DNA from: Flectonema sp. DT1601
Lineage: Eukaryota
NCBI GenBank assembly: GCA_964019425.1
Contig: OZ025794.1
Location: forward strand, 744,001 to 808,000
Direction: 5' to 3'
Length of the DNA stretch: 64,000 bases
Shown here one piece after another: positions 1 to 12,120 of the stretch; position 1 is the first letter of the stretch, and each line of letters starts with the position of its first letter. The position numbers and the translations under genes were made by a program. The notes beneath the pieces are model-generated. The model saw only the letters and a list, made by a program, of their open reading frames with translations, had not been told where the DNA came from and searched no databases.

Positions 1-18
1 CTTCACTCGCAGATACAT
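1..18 (-). CDS. possible 5' start of a gene running off the window (MYLRVK...)
   Basis: ATG at 18-16 preceded by U-rich tract and AG sites (TTTTGTTCTATCAG...AATTCAG|AAATG), like other gene starts here; only 6 codons visible. Confidence 0.3.
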
Positions 19-279
19 TTCTGAATTGCTGATAGAACAAAATTAATATAATAAAAGTCAACAGTTTCTTGTAAACAGAGTGGGCCTTGCATTCTGCATA
101 AAAACAGCGGCCTACAACAAGTGAATAATAATAAGAGAAAGGATACAATACAATTTGAAAGGAAAATCTGTTCCTTGTTGTCATCTACGTTGCCTAACTT
201 CCATTTTCATCGCCATCTGAATGGAGTGAAGAGCAGCTTTGCTTTATCTACTTAACCATTCTACCAGATTAGAGTACTT

Positions 280-1977
280 TCAACAACCTTCAATTTCATT
301 GAACTTTTCGCGAATTTCCTTCCGACGCTCGTCTGCTTTCCGTAATAGCGATCTGAAGTGCAGCATTGCTGTCGGGTCAGGTAGGGGAGAGCTTCCAGGA
401 ACTAAATGACTAGGACCAAATAGCGTTTGAGTGTCAGTTTTGGGAACGTGCCAATCAAAAGAGGAACCGAGGTCGAGCCATATCTTCTCAAAGGTGGAAA
501 TATCTTTTGCACGTGATCGCAAGAAGGAAAGCTGCCTGGAATCAGCTGTGTGAAGATAGTTTTGTCTATTTAGGAGTGCTATCTCAGGAAGTAGGAGGAT
601 GGCTTTGCGAGACCAACCGCGGCCATCACTCCTCCGGATCCCATGTGGAAGTGAAGGGACGACAATACTCCTGAACTTCGCGTATGGGTCATTCATAACT
701 AACATTGCTTCTCCAATTTCATCAAGAACAATTCTGCTGTATGTGACGTCTCCTCTTTGTTTCCCCGCCTGTTGGTAATTTACAACCAACACTTTGCCAC
801 ACCATCGACACTGAACATATAAACAAGAGTAACCTCTGCGAGGATTGCCCTTTTCACGTTTTATGTAAGGTTTTGATGTGTGAGTGCATCCCTCGATTAG
901 TGAGAGACAGCGTGCGACAGTTTCAATGAGTTCGTTTTCAATTTTATTTTGCTGGTCAACTATAACTTCAATATCCTTTTCAGTAATAACAGCCAAGTGC
1001 ATAGCAGCGCAGGTAGTTCCACGTGATGGTGGACAGCTTAGACGAGGTCTTCTTACACCACGCTCATCATAGATAATTTTTATTGAATACTCATCATTGT
1101 CAAGGATAGCTTTTACTCGTCCAACTCTAACAACTTCATAGTCGGGATCTCTCCAACAGACAGGAGCACCAATAGGGATTGGGGTTATAAACTTACCTCT
1201 GCTAACAATATCATCTCCTCGTGTTATCCATCTTCTCCCAACTGGTGGTCCAGCATCAAGAGGTTCACCACCCAAAAGACTTTTTGGGTTAACTGCCTTC
1301 GCAATGGCCGGAGCTTGCTGTGTGCCTCCCAGAACTTTGATTGCTGCTGCTGCACACTGAGGAGGATCGCCTGCTTTAACTGGCAATAGGAATCCGGCTT
1401 CAGCTGGGGGTGCAGTTAGTGCTTTCGCTGTTCCTATGAGACTGCCCATCAATCCTCCAGAAACCCAAGTAAAAACCTTTCCTGTTTTGCTATCAGGTAA
1501 TTTGCTGTAGGGAAGTCCCTCATTTTTTTCTTCTACCGCAATCGCTTCTGGTGGTCGCGGTTTTTTAACACAGTTGCTTTTTGGTTTTGTCTTCATGCAG
1601 GCAAAGCACGTTGTGTAGTTACAAATTTCACACCAACCGTAACCTTCTGACAAGTTAGTAATCCCAGGGAGTAGACATTTATTACAACAGTTGTCTACAA
1701 TTCCCATTCGGGTGCTGCTGTTTGCTCCGTCCTGGTACGGGTCTCCTTTTACAAATTTAAGAGGATGAAGGTTTGGGCAAGTCTCAACCTGTTCATCAAT
1801 ATCAAGAACTTCTTCAGAAACACCATAAACAGGATGTTTTGGATCAAAGAGTATCGATGACTTCCATGGAGGAAGTCTCTTTGGTGAGACGTAAGCCCTT
1901 TCGACTTCATCATCCACAGCAAGTAGACCAACTGGTTCTCCTCCAAGGTTCTTCCCGTATGCTAATTCATTGATCAT
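280..1977 (-). CDS. hypothetical protein, 565 aa, with Cys-rich putative zinc-binding segment
   Basis: Long ATG-initiated ORF; CPNLHPL...CCNKC...WCEICNYTTCFAC cluster and a later QCRWCG; no family recognised. Confidence 0.8.
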   Translation of the reverse strand: MINELAYGKNLGGEPVGLLAVDDEVERAYVSPKRLPPWKSSILFDPKHPVYGVSEEVLDIDEQVETCPNLHPLKFVKGDPYQDGANSSTRMGIVDNCCNKCLLPGITNLSEGYGWCEICNYTTCFACMKTKPKSNCVKKPRPPEAIAVEEKNEGLPYSKLPDSKTGKVFTWVSGGLMGSLIGTAKALTAPPAEAGFLLPVKAGDPPQCAAAAIKVLGGTQQAPAIAKAVNPKSLLGGEPLDAGPPVGRRWITRGDDIVSRGKFITPIPIGAPVCWRDPDYEVVRVGRVKAILDNDEYSIKIIYDERGVRRPRLSCPPSRGTTCAAMHLAVITEKDIEVIVDQQNKIENELIETVARCLSLIEGCTHTSKPYIKREKGNPRRGYSCLYVQCRWCGKVLVVNYQQAGKQRGDVTYSRIVLDEIGEAMLVMNDPYAKFRSIVVPSLPHGIRRSDGRGWSRKAILLLPEIALLNRQNYLHTADSRQLSFLRSRAKDISTFEKIWLDLGSSFDWHVPKTDTQTLFGPSHLVPGSSPLPDPTAMLHFRSLLRKADERRKEIREKFNEIEGC

Positions 1978-2161
1978 CTAATGTATTATCTGTTTATAAA
2001 TAAATTCAAAAAATAATTCCCCAATCTGATCAGCTGACAGGTTATGGTGGTATCGCTACTAATTTAATAAAACTAAAGTCTAAATAAATAACTTAAGAGT
2101 GTTATTCCTCATGTCATTGAAGGAACCCAACTGAGTGAAATCCGACGTGTAAAGTAGTCGG

Positions 2162-3324
2162 CTACGAGCTTTTCGGCTCCATAGATTTCGGTTTTCCCAA
2201 ATTAGGAAATCTACTAGCCAGTCCAAGTAACAGCAAGAAACAGAGACCCAACACTAAGCAAAGGTACAAACCTAATTTCGCCAAGAGAGAGAAGCTGTCG
2301 CTGTTTTGTGTTGTACGTAAGAATAGAAAATTGAAAGAATAAACAGACAAATAGAAACTACATACTGAACTGCGTCAGCTAGCATTCCAGCTCGCATGCG
2401 TGATCCGTGATGCCAATCTTTCCAATTTACATCTCCAGTCCACTGCGAGATATAGTCCGTAGCATTCGCAATGCAAGAAACAGCTGTTGGGTCGGCGGAA
2501 ACTGGCATCGGACAACGTTCAATTTTTATTATTTTTTTTGAAATGATAAGGTCATTAGTGGTGCATTCCAAACACCGAATATGTGACGACGGCCAACGTA
2601 AGATGAGATGAGTTTCATTCAGAGATTCGTATGAAAGAATGAAGACTCTGATTGCTTTATTACAAATTATAGACCAACCAGCATCAGCAGAGGAATGTAT
2701 CAAATTAGGTGTTTGAGAATGAATGAAAACGTCACAAGAGAGTGGGGTGGCTTTACCAGAATTTAGACTGCTGACAAAATCTAAAAAGTCTGATTTGTCA
2801 GATGCATGAATACCCATTGCGTAGATTTTATACTTGTTGATAGGAGAGGTAAACCTTGTTGCGTATTGTATCGCAGTAGCAGCATCACACCATATTGGTA
2901 ATTGTAATCCAGTACCAACTGCTGCTGCATATTCCGCAGCAGTCATGACCAGTCCTGCATTTGACGTCCCTTCTGCAGAACTGAGTACATCAGTATTTAT
3001 ATCAGCCTTTACAATACTTTTATTTGGTGGGTACCACCCGTCATAATTTGGCATCCCTACTTCCTTGCCTCCGAGTAGCCTCTCGGCTAAGTTTTCCGTT
3101 CTTGTTGTCCCACTAGTGGGTGTTGCTACTTGAAATACAATAACATAAATAACATAAATTAGAAATCCGATCACCACAGCTGTTGCTGCTCTTCTCGGCC
3201 ATCGCTCATTCCTGTTGCTAACGCGACGGATTAAAGAGTCGTAGTAGAAGAAGAAGTTACGGTTGCCTGAGAGATTCAACCGCTGCTCTATTCGAGTATC
3301 ATCGCGATCCTCGTCTGGAGGCAT
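2162..3324 (-). CDS. hypothetical membrane protein, ~365 aa, two exons (3324-2366, 2300-2162)
   Basis: Likely start MPPDED at 3324; N-terminal TM (AVVIGFLIYVIYVIVF); intron 2365-2301 (GTATGT...AAAACAG, 65 nt) joins ORF 2272..3489 in frame to ORF 2162..2350, giving ...ADAVHDSFSLLAKLGLYLCLVLGLCFLLLLG... Confidence 0.7.
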
Positions 3325-5219
3325 TTCCTGTGTCGGGGCCCCAAGTGGGCTTCCTGCTTGTGAATAGTAAGAAGTTGTAGTCAGAAAGACAGTTCCATTA
3401 GTGGAATACACTCCGTCATTTAATCTTCTACATCTTTTGTTTGGCTGAAAAAGAATTGTTATCACGCTAAAGTACCACAATAAGAACATTCAGAAAACTG
3501 CAGTGCCATTGCAGCGTCAGGTAGGGGAGAGGAAGAGGCGAATGTGACTCGTCTAAGAGAGACAACAATCGCAATAGGTAATAAGAACAAGAACTTGTGT
3601 AGAGGGATGGGTGACAAGGGAGGCGTCAGGTCGAATCGCTTTTTACAAATATGGAAATCGGCGGGAGTTAGTAACTGGTGGGGAACAGAGTCGAGACGCT
3701 AACGACGGACACGGTAGCAGTTTTCTTATTCTCGGGTGAGCGGAAGAAAAAATAAAAACAAAAACAGCTAATCGACTACAGGGTTACACTTCATGAGTAA
3801 TTTCCTCTTCGCTAAACTATTCCATTTCCCCACTTGTGCTATTCGTATTAATAATAACAAACACACCAGTAGAGGATCTTGTCTCTGGATTTCTGATCAT
3901 CGCATCTAAAACAGATTATGAAGTAATCTAAACTTTTGAATCTTTTTACACAAAACATGGAAATAACAACAAAATGCACTAACCGTCTGCCAGCAGCTAT
4001 TCAAGAAGAAGGGGCTTTGTCGTCGTTTTTTTCTTTTTAAGAAACTAATTGCGACAAGAGGCAAAAGTTAGCAAAAGTAATAATAACAATGATGGAAGGG
4101 GCGCTGTGCATAGTTAGAAGACAACAGTCGCTCAGTCCAGAATAATCGACAGCAATGCAGCTGATATAACTAACCACGTGTTACTCCGCACACAAAGTGG
4201 AGGGGTGGTAGTGTCAGGCAGCAACTGTTCGAAGAGAGGAGGGTTCGCAAATACTATTTTAGAAAAATAAAAAATAAATATTAACATTTTCCGACTTGCA
4301 TTCGAAAACGTTCATCACGCAGTTTTGCGATTTTAAGTTTTTGAATGAGTCGGCAGAGGGAGGCGAGAACTGTTTGTGTAAAAAAGAAAAAAATAAAGAA
4401 ACTGCAGAGAGAAGTATCAAACACACCATTTCACTAACTGATTAGAATTGACAACACAAGTATAACACCCACAAAGTAAACTCCTTCATCAGAGAAAGAA
4501 ATTGTAGCTAATGCAATTCAATACATAAATATGACTACAGCTTTTAGGGTTTTTCTGTGATGTCAAAGTCTGATCAACAAAATGAATAACGGCAATGGAA
4601 CTTTAAATGAAAAAAAACCAACAGAAATAAAAGCCGCTGATAATAAACCTCAGCCTGTTAACGAAAGTCTCACAGGGAGTCAGCTATTGGATACCAAGCA
4701 ACCGAGACTGTCACTAACAATAAGAGAGGTGAAATGAGCTATCCAGACCCAGCAGTGCATGGATAAATAAAAATAAAAAAAAAGAATGTACATCGATAAT
4801 ACGAACACTCCTACAAAAAGAAATCAACTCTATCAGCAGTTAATACACAAACTATTTCCGCCTTGAGTCTCTCTCCATCTTCAGAGGTTCATTTAATTCA
4901 CAGGAATGAAATCACTCAATTGAGTGCAAGAAAGGAAATTTGTTGCAAAAATTAAAATGTAAAAAAAAAAAAAATATTCATATATCCATAGATGGTGACT
5001 TACAGTTTTCTAAGTTTTTTTGTTGTCTACACTTCAAATACCTTGGCAAGGGCTATAAGTCCACCGCACTATGAATACAATGAGTTGTAAGGTGTGTACT
5101 TGCCTCCTCTAACGACGTTAATTAAAACAAACACAACCCTTCTCCTGATTGATATTCGTGACTAGGAAACAAGAAAGATATAAAACATAACACCGCGTGT
5201 AGCGAAATCTATAAGTTAC

Positions 5220-5250
<31 letters not shown>

Positions 5251-5401
5251 TGGAAAAAGATGTGTAGTGTAAGAGCTGAATGAACTTTATATGAAAAAAA
5301 AAAAGAACAATAATAATAATAATAATACTGGAAAATTGAACGTGAAATCTGAATAACTAAGTATAAATTTTTTAACATGAAAAAAAAAAAAAAAAAGAAA
5401 A

Positions 5402-5664
5402 CAGGCTTTACCCTGAATGGGGGATACAACCACGTCATAAATTACTTACTTAGACAATACGAGTGACTCAGGCTTTACCCTGAATGTAATGTGAGAGATG
5501 ATATGTATTTTTGTTGTTGTTTGATTAGAACTCAAAACATCAACAGAAGGAAAGATATCAAATAATAGAAACTACACATCGAAGTCATTACACTACTTTA
5601 TGACGATCATTTAAACGATCGTAAAAAGAAAAAAGAGATAATTGCCTCCAGGCTTTACCCTGAA
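5402..5664 (-). repeat. three exact copies of a 16-nt hairpin motif (5402-5417, 5469-5484, 5649-5664)
   Basis: + strand CAGGCTTTACCCTGAA x3; minus strand UUCAGG-GUAAAG-CCUG. Confidence 0.9.
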
Positions 5665-7084
5665 ATATTTCTTCTGATCCTACACAACAGCGCTCTTCAC
5701 GACAGTAATATCGTATTGCGTGTGGCTTTGTGGAAAGTATTGCACGCGACATTAAAAAGTCTTGAATAGCACTACCATGAAGCAATCGATGAAAGTGTAT
5801 ATCAAAAACTCTAGTTTTTAATAACGAGTTAGCAGAAATAGAAAAAACAATAAATGCCAAAGAGAAAGGTTTGGTGCCTGCGGCGCTCATCTTTCTTCAA
5901 TTGACATAAACCAGGTTTACCGATTCGCAAATTACATCCGAAATTTCCACCTGAATACGCTGCAGTATAAACTTGTGTGGAAAACAACTGAAAAAAATAA
6001 AAAGAGTGTAAGGTACTTTTTGACTGATAACTGGGGTGGTAGTGGTGGTAGACTCAGAACTTTAAAGGGATGAAACTTGTGGAAGAAAAAAGAAAAAATT
6101 TCGTAGGTTAAAAAGCAAGAAAAAAAAAAAAAAAAAAAAAGGTGAAAGTCTATACTACTGAGCAATAATATGGTTTTTTTTGGAGGAAAGCAGTCTTATC
6201 GAGAAACTGACTCTAAGAAAGTAATAGAAAATCTGTTTTTACCTCATTTGTGCAGCAACTAAAATTGCGATCGCACAGAAAGAGAGTAAATGTCTACTTA
6301 AAACTATTATTAACAAGTAATACAAATGAGGTGATGTATTGACGTAGACTCACAACTCGAGACTGAATTAACAAAAGAAATGTAATTTTTACTAACGTTC
6401 TGTACAAGAAAAATACTAAAGAATGATAATAAACTAATGGAAAATCTCTCCCCTTTTTTATAATAAAAGAAAGAAACCTAGTCAGGGAACGAGATTTAAA
6501 ATGGAATTTGCCATTTTAGTTTTAATTGGTTCGTTCTTGTTTTTTTTTTTTTTTTTTCTTTTTTGACACGGAGAGTGTACAAATTTAAATATAAACTTCC
6601 CCCGGGAACTCAGTGACAGTGAGTAGTAACAACAAAAAGGGAACTTTTTTTATTAACAAAAAACTGGAGGTATTGAATCATATTGTAAGGTTATTATAAG
6701 ATGTAATGTAACACAGCAACTCAACTACAGGAACTAATCAGTAGTTTTATTAGAAGCTATTTGAACAACAAAATCGTGTAATGGATTTTTTTTTTTTTTT
6801 TTTTTTGTTGTATGTTTTTTATGACACTCATCATAATGAAGTGAAGTGTTGACAAGGAAAAAAAAAAAAAGAAAAAAAAAAAACAAGAGAAGAAGAGAAG
6901 AGGAAACTTGAAAGTATCTATTTTTTTTTTCTTTTTTTTTCAAAAAAAAAAAAAAATTCTTTCTGAAAAATGAAAGAAATCGAATTTCCTCTTAAGAAAA
7001 GAAAAAGCCCACACAAAACTGCTATATATGTAACAAACGATAACTCAAAGAGAAAAGGTTTTTCCTTTTCTACCAAATAAGAAT

Positions 7085-7690
7085 TTAAAGTCTGTACGGA
7101 TCATGGATGAACTGCACTGGTCTAAACAGTAAGCTCAGAATATAGGAAATGACTTCTCTTCTCTTTAAAGGAATACCTCTATGAAGATCCATATAAAGGT
7201 CATCAACGAGAAGTGTTAACACGGATCTGATGTTTGAACGAGGAGTGTTGCCCGATGGGAAATCAAAACAAATATCAGTCAATGCTTCGACTGATTTTTC
7301 AATTTCAGTTTCAGACAACTTCTCCAAGAGAGTAACGCAAACAGTTTTAAACTTATCAGCGACTGAGAGTGGAAGGTTTTTGACTTTCTCAAGTAGTTCT
7401 GGTTTGTTTTTGACGTCTTCTAAATGAAATAAATCACATCTGGGACTAAGACAGCAAGTCTCACTGACATGTGAACACCAATTTATAGTTCTGGATTCTG
7501 ATACCTGAGGGCGATAGATCTTCTCGAATGCGCAGCTGACTTCGGAAACACTTTCGTCATCCAGGCTGTCGCTCCATTTCGAGTATGACATCTCGCGTTG
7601 AATCTCTTCAGAGGTAGATTCCTCTGTAAGCATCCAGCAGTCGCTTGACTTCGATCCCATGCTGACACTACTTCTTCTTGAGAATGACAT
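7085..7690 (-). CDS. hypothetical Ser-rich protein, 201 aa
   Basis: ATG-initiated ORF, coding-like composition, Ser/acidic N-terminus and helical-looking C-terminal half. Confidence 0.7.
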   Translation of the reverse strand: MSFSRRSSVSMGSKSSDCWMLTEESTSEEIQREMSYSKWSDSLDDESVSEVSCAFEKIYRPQVSESRTINWCSHVSETCCLSPRCDLFHLEDVKNKPELLEKVKNLPLSVADKFKTVCVTLLEKLSETEIEKSVEALTDICFDFPSGNTPRSNIRSVLTLLVDDLYMDLHRGIPLKRREVISYILSLLFRPVQFIHDPYRL

Positions 7691-8265
7691 GGTGCAGGTT
7701 TGTGTGAGTGTGGAATCTGATTGTGGAATAAATAAAATGTCAATATCATCACATCAATAAAATAATATCTTCAAATCACAATAAGAATCAACGTAATCGA
7801 ATTTCGAAAAAGAAAAAAAAAAAAGAATTTATAAAAAAAATTAGAACGACCCTCTCTGTCGTGCTCAAATTAAGTAACAATAAAGTCACCAGTCGTATCA
7901 AACAGTTTATTCACGTTTCTCTCATCTCTTTATTAATAGCAAGAAATCTAATGCGATGAGCAGGTATTGCTACCCAGCATCTGATGATCAGGGCGGCTCT
8001 AATGTCCACCAACACATAAGCAAACCCACCACTTCATGGTCGCGGGTAGAATTTTATAAAAAAGAAAATGGTCAGCGGTTGACGAAGCCAACAGAGAACA
8101 ATAAAGAAGAAAGAAAAACGAATTAGATCAATAAAACGGTAGTTGTTTGTAAATAAAACGAAACGCACAAAAACGATAAATAATTAAGAACCAAAATAGA
8201 ACAAGTTCAGCGAATTATAATGACGAGTGTAACTTTGAGGACTCGAGTAGCGTGCCTGACGTGAT

Positions 8266-10008
8266 TTAAGAAACGAATATTTCGAGGAATTGAGAAATGC
8301 CTCCCCAGTGCGCTGCTACTGCATGTTGCATATCCTCATCGGTAATGATTTTTAAATGATCACCGTCAGAGTCAACCCACTCTACTGATGTGGCAGCTTC
8401 TTCCATCCATTCAGCAGCTACGGACATCAGCTGATCGAGTTCGCTGTCTTTCGGGAGATTATAAACAAGTTTTGAACCCAAAGACTTATGAATAAGAGAA
8501 ACGTGAAGTAAATCAGGATTCAGAGTCGGTTGTTTATCAGCCACTGCTGAGCTTTCTTCTTCTTCGTTTTCTTCCTCCTCTTCTTCTTCGCACTCTTCAG
8601 CTTCCTCTTCTGCTTCCGAAGTGTCTTCTGTGGTTTCCGAAGTAATTCCGAGCTCTTCTCGTGCCTTTAATGTTTCGTCCATTAGTCGTCTAACTGACTT
8701 AGACACCGCCGGAGCATTTGTTGAATTGAAAATGTCTTCGATCGTCTCCTGTCGATCTTCTTCCTCATCATCAGATGCTGAGAGGTGACCAGCTGGTATC
8801 AGACGTCCTTCTTGTACGCTACGTCTGGTTACTGTTTGTAAGAATCGAGCTTTTACTATTCCCGGGGGTGACTTGATTACTTTCAATGTTTCTTCATCGC
8901 TACTGGCAGGTTCGTTGAGAGCTTCGGACGACATTTGTTTTGGCTGCTGGTTTGACTGCTGAGCTCGGCGATGTTTTTGTTTTTTATAATAAATTAAAAC
9001 CCTCTTTTTGTGAAGGGCAGCGGCCTTTTCACGAATCTTAGCTTCCAAGTCTTTATATGCATCTGGGACACGTTCAAGCCAACGGAGGCTGTTTTCAGAA
9101 GTACAGTGACTTGAATTGTCATCGTCACTATCCTCACTAAAGTCTGACTGCTCTCTGAGAGAATCAACCTCAGTAATATCTTGTTGAGCTTTTTGAATGT
9201 TATCTGCTTCTAAAGGATAGAATACTGATAACGCTTCTTTTGCTGAACATCTTTCTGTTGGGTCAGCCACAAGAAGTCTCTCAATTAATGAAACTACTTG
9301 TGAAGATCTATTTGATAAAGGTTCATAAACTCCATCAGTAATTGAGTTTACGATACTAATAATGTTAGTACCTCCAAATGGTACTTTTAAAGCTGATAAT
9401 TCATAAAGAGTCACTCCAAGTGACCAGACATCAGCACCGAATCCGTAAGTTTCTCCCAAACAAAGTTCAGGTGAAATATAAAAAGGTGTTCCAGTGAAGG
9501 TATTCGCACCAGTAGCATCATAATCAAGAATTTTTGAAACACCGAAATCAGTTAGACGTAAAGTGTTACAATTAGCGATAAGAATGTTCGCGGGTTTTAT
9601 ATCACGATGCATCACTCTGCGAGTTCTTAAATAAGTCAAAGCAGAGAGTAGTTGTCTTCCACTATCGATAACAACATCGTCGGGGATTTGAGTTGCTGTT
9701 CGCTGATGTTCTGAAATGACGTGACTGAGATCACCTCCAGCAGCGTACTCAAGAACCATACAAAGAAAGCCCTCATCATCAATAAAATAATCCTTGTATT
9801 GTACTATTGTTTCGTGTTGTAAGTTAGATAAGATTGATACTTCTCCCATTGCTTTTCCTACTTCAGAGTCTGATCTGTCTCTTATAAAAATAGTTTTCAC
9901 AACAACGTTCTCATCAGTTCCCTTTGAATTACATAAATAAGCCGATCCTTGAGCCCCTTTTCCGATACATCGTTTGATAAAGTACCCCTCCCATCGCTGT
10001 TCATCCAT
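8266..10008 (-). CDS. NEK/NIMA-family Ser/Thr kinase with C-terminal PB1-like domain
   Basis: GKGAQG, VVVK, LEYAAGGDL, HRDIKPAN, DFG, GTPFYISPE, DVWSLG; acidic linker; tail WVDSDGDHLKIITDEDM resembles the PB1 OPCA motif; first ATG (MDEQRW) at 10008 follows a U-rich AG. Confidence 0.9.
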   Translation of the reverse strand: MDEQRWEGYFIKRCIGKGAQGSAYLCNSKGTDENVVVKTIFIRDRSDSEVGKAMGEVSILSNLQHETIVQYKDYFIDDEGFLCMVLEYAAGGDLSHVISEHQRTATQIPDDVVIDSGRQLLSALTYLRTRRVMHRDIKPANILIANCNTLRLTDFGVSKILDYDATGANTFTGTPFYISPELCLGETYGFGADVWSLGVTLYELSALKVPFGGTNIISIVNSITDGVYEPLSNRSSQVVSLIERLLVADPTERCSAKEALSVFYPLEADNIQKAQQDITEVDSLREQSDFSEDSDDDNSSHCTSENSLRWLERVPDAYKDLEAKIREKAAALHKKRVLIYYKKQKHRRAQQSNQQPKQMSSEALNEPASSDEETLKVIKSPPGIVKARFLQTVTRRSVQEGRLIPAGHLSASDDEEEDRQETIEDIFNSTNAPAVSKSVRRLMDETLKAREELGITSETTEDTSEAEEEAEECEEEEEEENEEEESSAVADKQPTLNPDLLHVSLIHKSLGSKLVYNLPKDSELDQLMSVAAEWMEEAATSVEWVDSDGDHLKIITDEDMQHAVAAHWGGISQFLEIFVS

Positions 10009-10446
10009 AATGGAAGACAAGTCCTCTGAATTGAAATAAATAAGAAACAGTAATTCTACTTCCACTATCCTAATCTGTATATTAAAAACGTTCTTCAGAA
10101 TAAACTTTGCAAAGTCCAGGGAGCTAAGATCAAGAGGGCTGAATATTGTGTGGTGTGTGTTCCTTTAAAAAAGAATTAGTTTTTTTTAAATTAGTAGTAG
10201 TGAGGCTTCTTTCAGTAAATTGTTTTGTTTTTTGATCAGAAAAAAATGAAAACAGACCCCCCTGTGGTAGCGGTCTCAGGGAGAGATGATAAATCGGGGG
10301 GTAAGGGGGTTTTCATTTTATTTCCCCCCCCACATTTTTTTTTTTTTTTTTTTTTTTTTTTCCTTAAAAATTTTTTCATCCACAAAGCCAAGTTCTGTCT
10401 TCTTCATATTTTACAGACCGACTCACATGTGAAAACTCTAAAGTCA

Positions 10447-10479
<33 letters not shown>

Positions 10480-11275
10480 AATAAAAGGGAATTTTGACAC
10501 AAAACTCGCTATATCTATTTTGCTTGTAGAATTCAAAGCCAGAATTCAAAAGAGGAGACGTCGTACGATCAACTCGACAACTATCCTAGTCAATTCAGCT
10601 GTTGGTTTCAGCATTTATGAACACCTCTTAATTACTGACTGCTTACGACATCATATTCTCAACACAAAACAACAGGACATCAAAACCAATAAAAACACAA
10701 CGTGATACCAAAACCACAATAATAAAAAGGGTAATAATATGGAAACCGAAAGGGAGGAACCGGGTAATGTGGAATAAGGAAAATAAAAACATAAATAGGA
10801 AGTTCTTCAACAAGGAAGAGGGTAATATGGTGAATGAATGCACTATGAGATCAACTATAATAATAAACTGAAGACGGAATATCTTCTATTCCATTCAACA
10901 GTTTTAAAACAGATTAAAACTCATTAAAGATATGAAACACAACAATCAGAGACGGGAAGATGGAAAATCAATTTTTTTCTGGTCAAAAAATCTCTCTTTG
11001 CGAATAGCACAGATGTCGGAAGGGGTAATAAAAAGACCAACACTTGGGGAATTTTTGAAATAGGAGAACAGGAAAACAAGAGGAGACCATCTCCAAAAAT
11101 GCTCTGACCAGCAACAGAAGACAAGAAACATGTGTCTCCTCAGCAAAGATGCTGTCTTTGCTGACACAACTCAACCAGACCTTCACAAGATTGGATTTTG
11201 TGACTCAGTCACTTTGAATGTGATTGCGAAAGAATAGACTTTCAGTTGTTTTCTACATGAAAACAAAACAAAACA

Positions 11276-11277
<2 letters not shown>

Positions 11278-11314
<37 letters not shown>

Positions 11315-11315
11315 C
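11278..11315. repeat. (ACA)n microsatellite
   Basis: About 12 tandem ACA units. Confidence 0.9.
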
Positions 11316-11982
11316 CCAAGAGACACCACTTTTTGATGAGTCGAATAAAGAGATCCGGATTATTAATAATAATATTGACAACTTTAATCAACGTCAAATG
11401 TGTAAGTGGTGAATTTGTTTGGCTCAAGTATTGACAGCGACAGAGCCCACTCGATGAACACAATTTGAATATAAAAAGAAAACAAAATTTAATAAATTGA
11501 TCTGAAATTCACGTTCGGAAAGTAATTCCCTCATCTGAGAGATGATCATGAGATTAGCACTACATGCATATGGATCCTTCTACGAGGCTATTTCTTGCAC
11601 TGTATACGTATCAACTATACAAAGTGTGAATAGCGATCGGTGCAGGGAAGCGAGGGAGGGATCGAAGAGAAGGGGAAAGCTGCAGACCCACAGAGTCGTC
11701 TAACAGCCCGGAAATGCGAACCAAATACTTGCTTGTAGAGGGCGGGTGGACTTGCGATGGTCTGACTCTATTCTGCAAGAGTTTTAAAAATGGGAATTAT
11801 AACACTTAGGGAATGCGATGAAGGAGGAAACTCGCTAACATTTTCCTGCAAAAGAGCCCGTTCACCACATTAGAAGGGGAGTACCATATTCGAATCCCGA
11901 GTTTCAGCCTCGAAAAACAGCAGAGTTTGCGAAACACATTTGGGTGCGAGGGATTGGAGAAGACGGGTAATCTCTCTCACGA

Positions 11983-12120
11983 GAGTATGTGATCAAGTAA
12001 GGGAGAGTATGTGATCAAGTAAGGGAGGCAGAGGCTAAGAAGGGAGTATGTGATCAAGTAAGGGAGGCAGAGGCTAAGAAGGGAGTATGTGATCAAGTAA
12101 GGGAGGCAGAGGCTAAGAAG
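11983..12120. repeat. minisatellite: 39-bp unit x3 plus a 22-bp partial unit
   Basis: GAGTATGTGATCAAGTAAGGGA(GGCAGAGGCTAAGAAGG) starting at 11983 (partial), 12005, 12044, 12083. Confidence 0.95.

Noticed and set aside
5402..5664. CRISPR-like array (palindromic repeats with unique spacers)
   Set aside because: Only three 16-nt repeats, irregular spacers (51, 164 nt), no cas genes, eukaryotic context
5118..6943. Phe/Lys-rich small ORFs in spacers (also 10225-11463, 55026-56275, 31209-31610)
   Set aside because: Products of poly-A/T runs; no coding signature
11870..11900. tRNA or B-box-like ATTCGAATCCC
   Set aside because: No cloverleaf or acceptor stem could be built around it
11983..12120. 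CRISPR-like array
   Set aside because: The intervening segments are identical, so it is a tandem repeat
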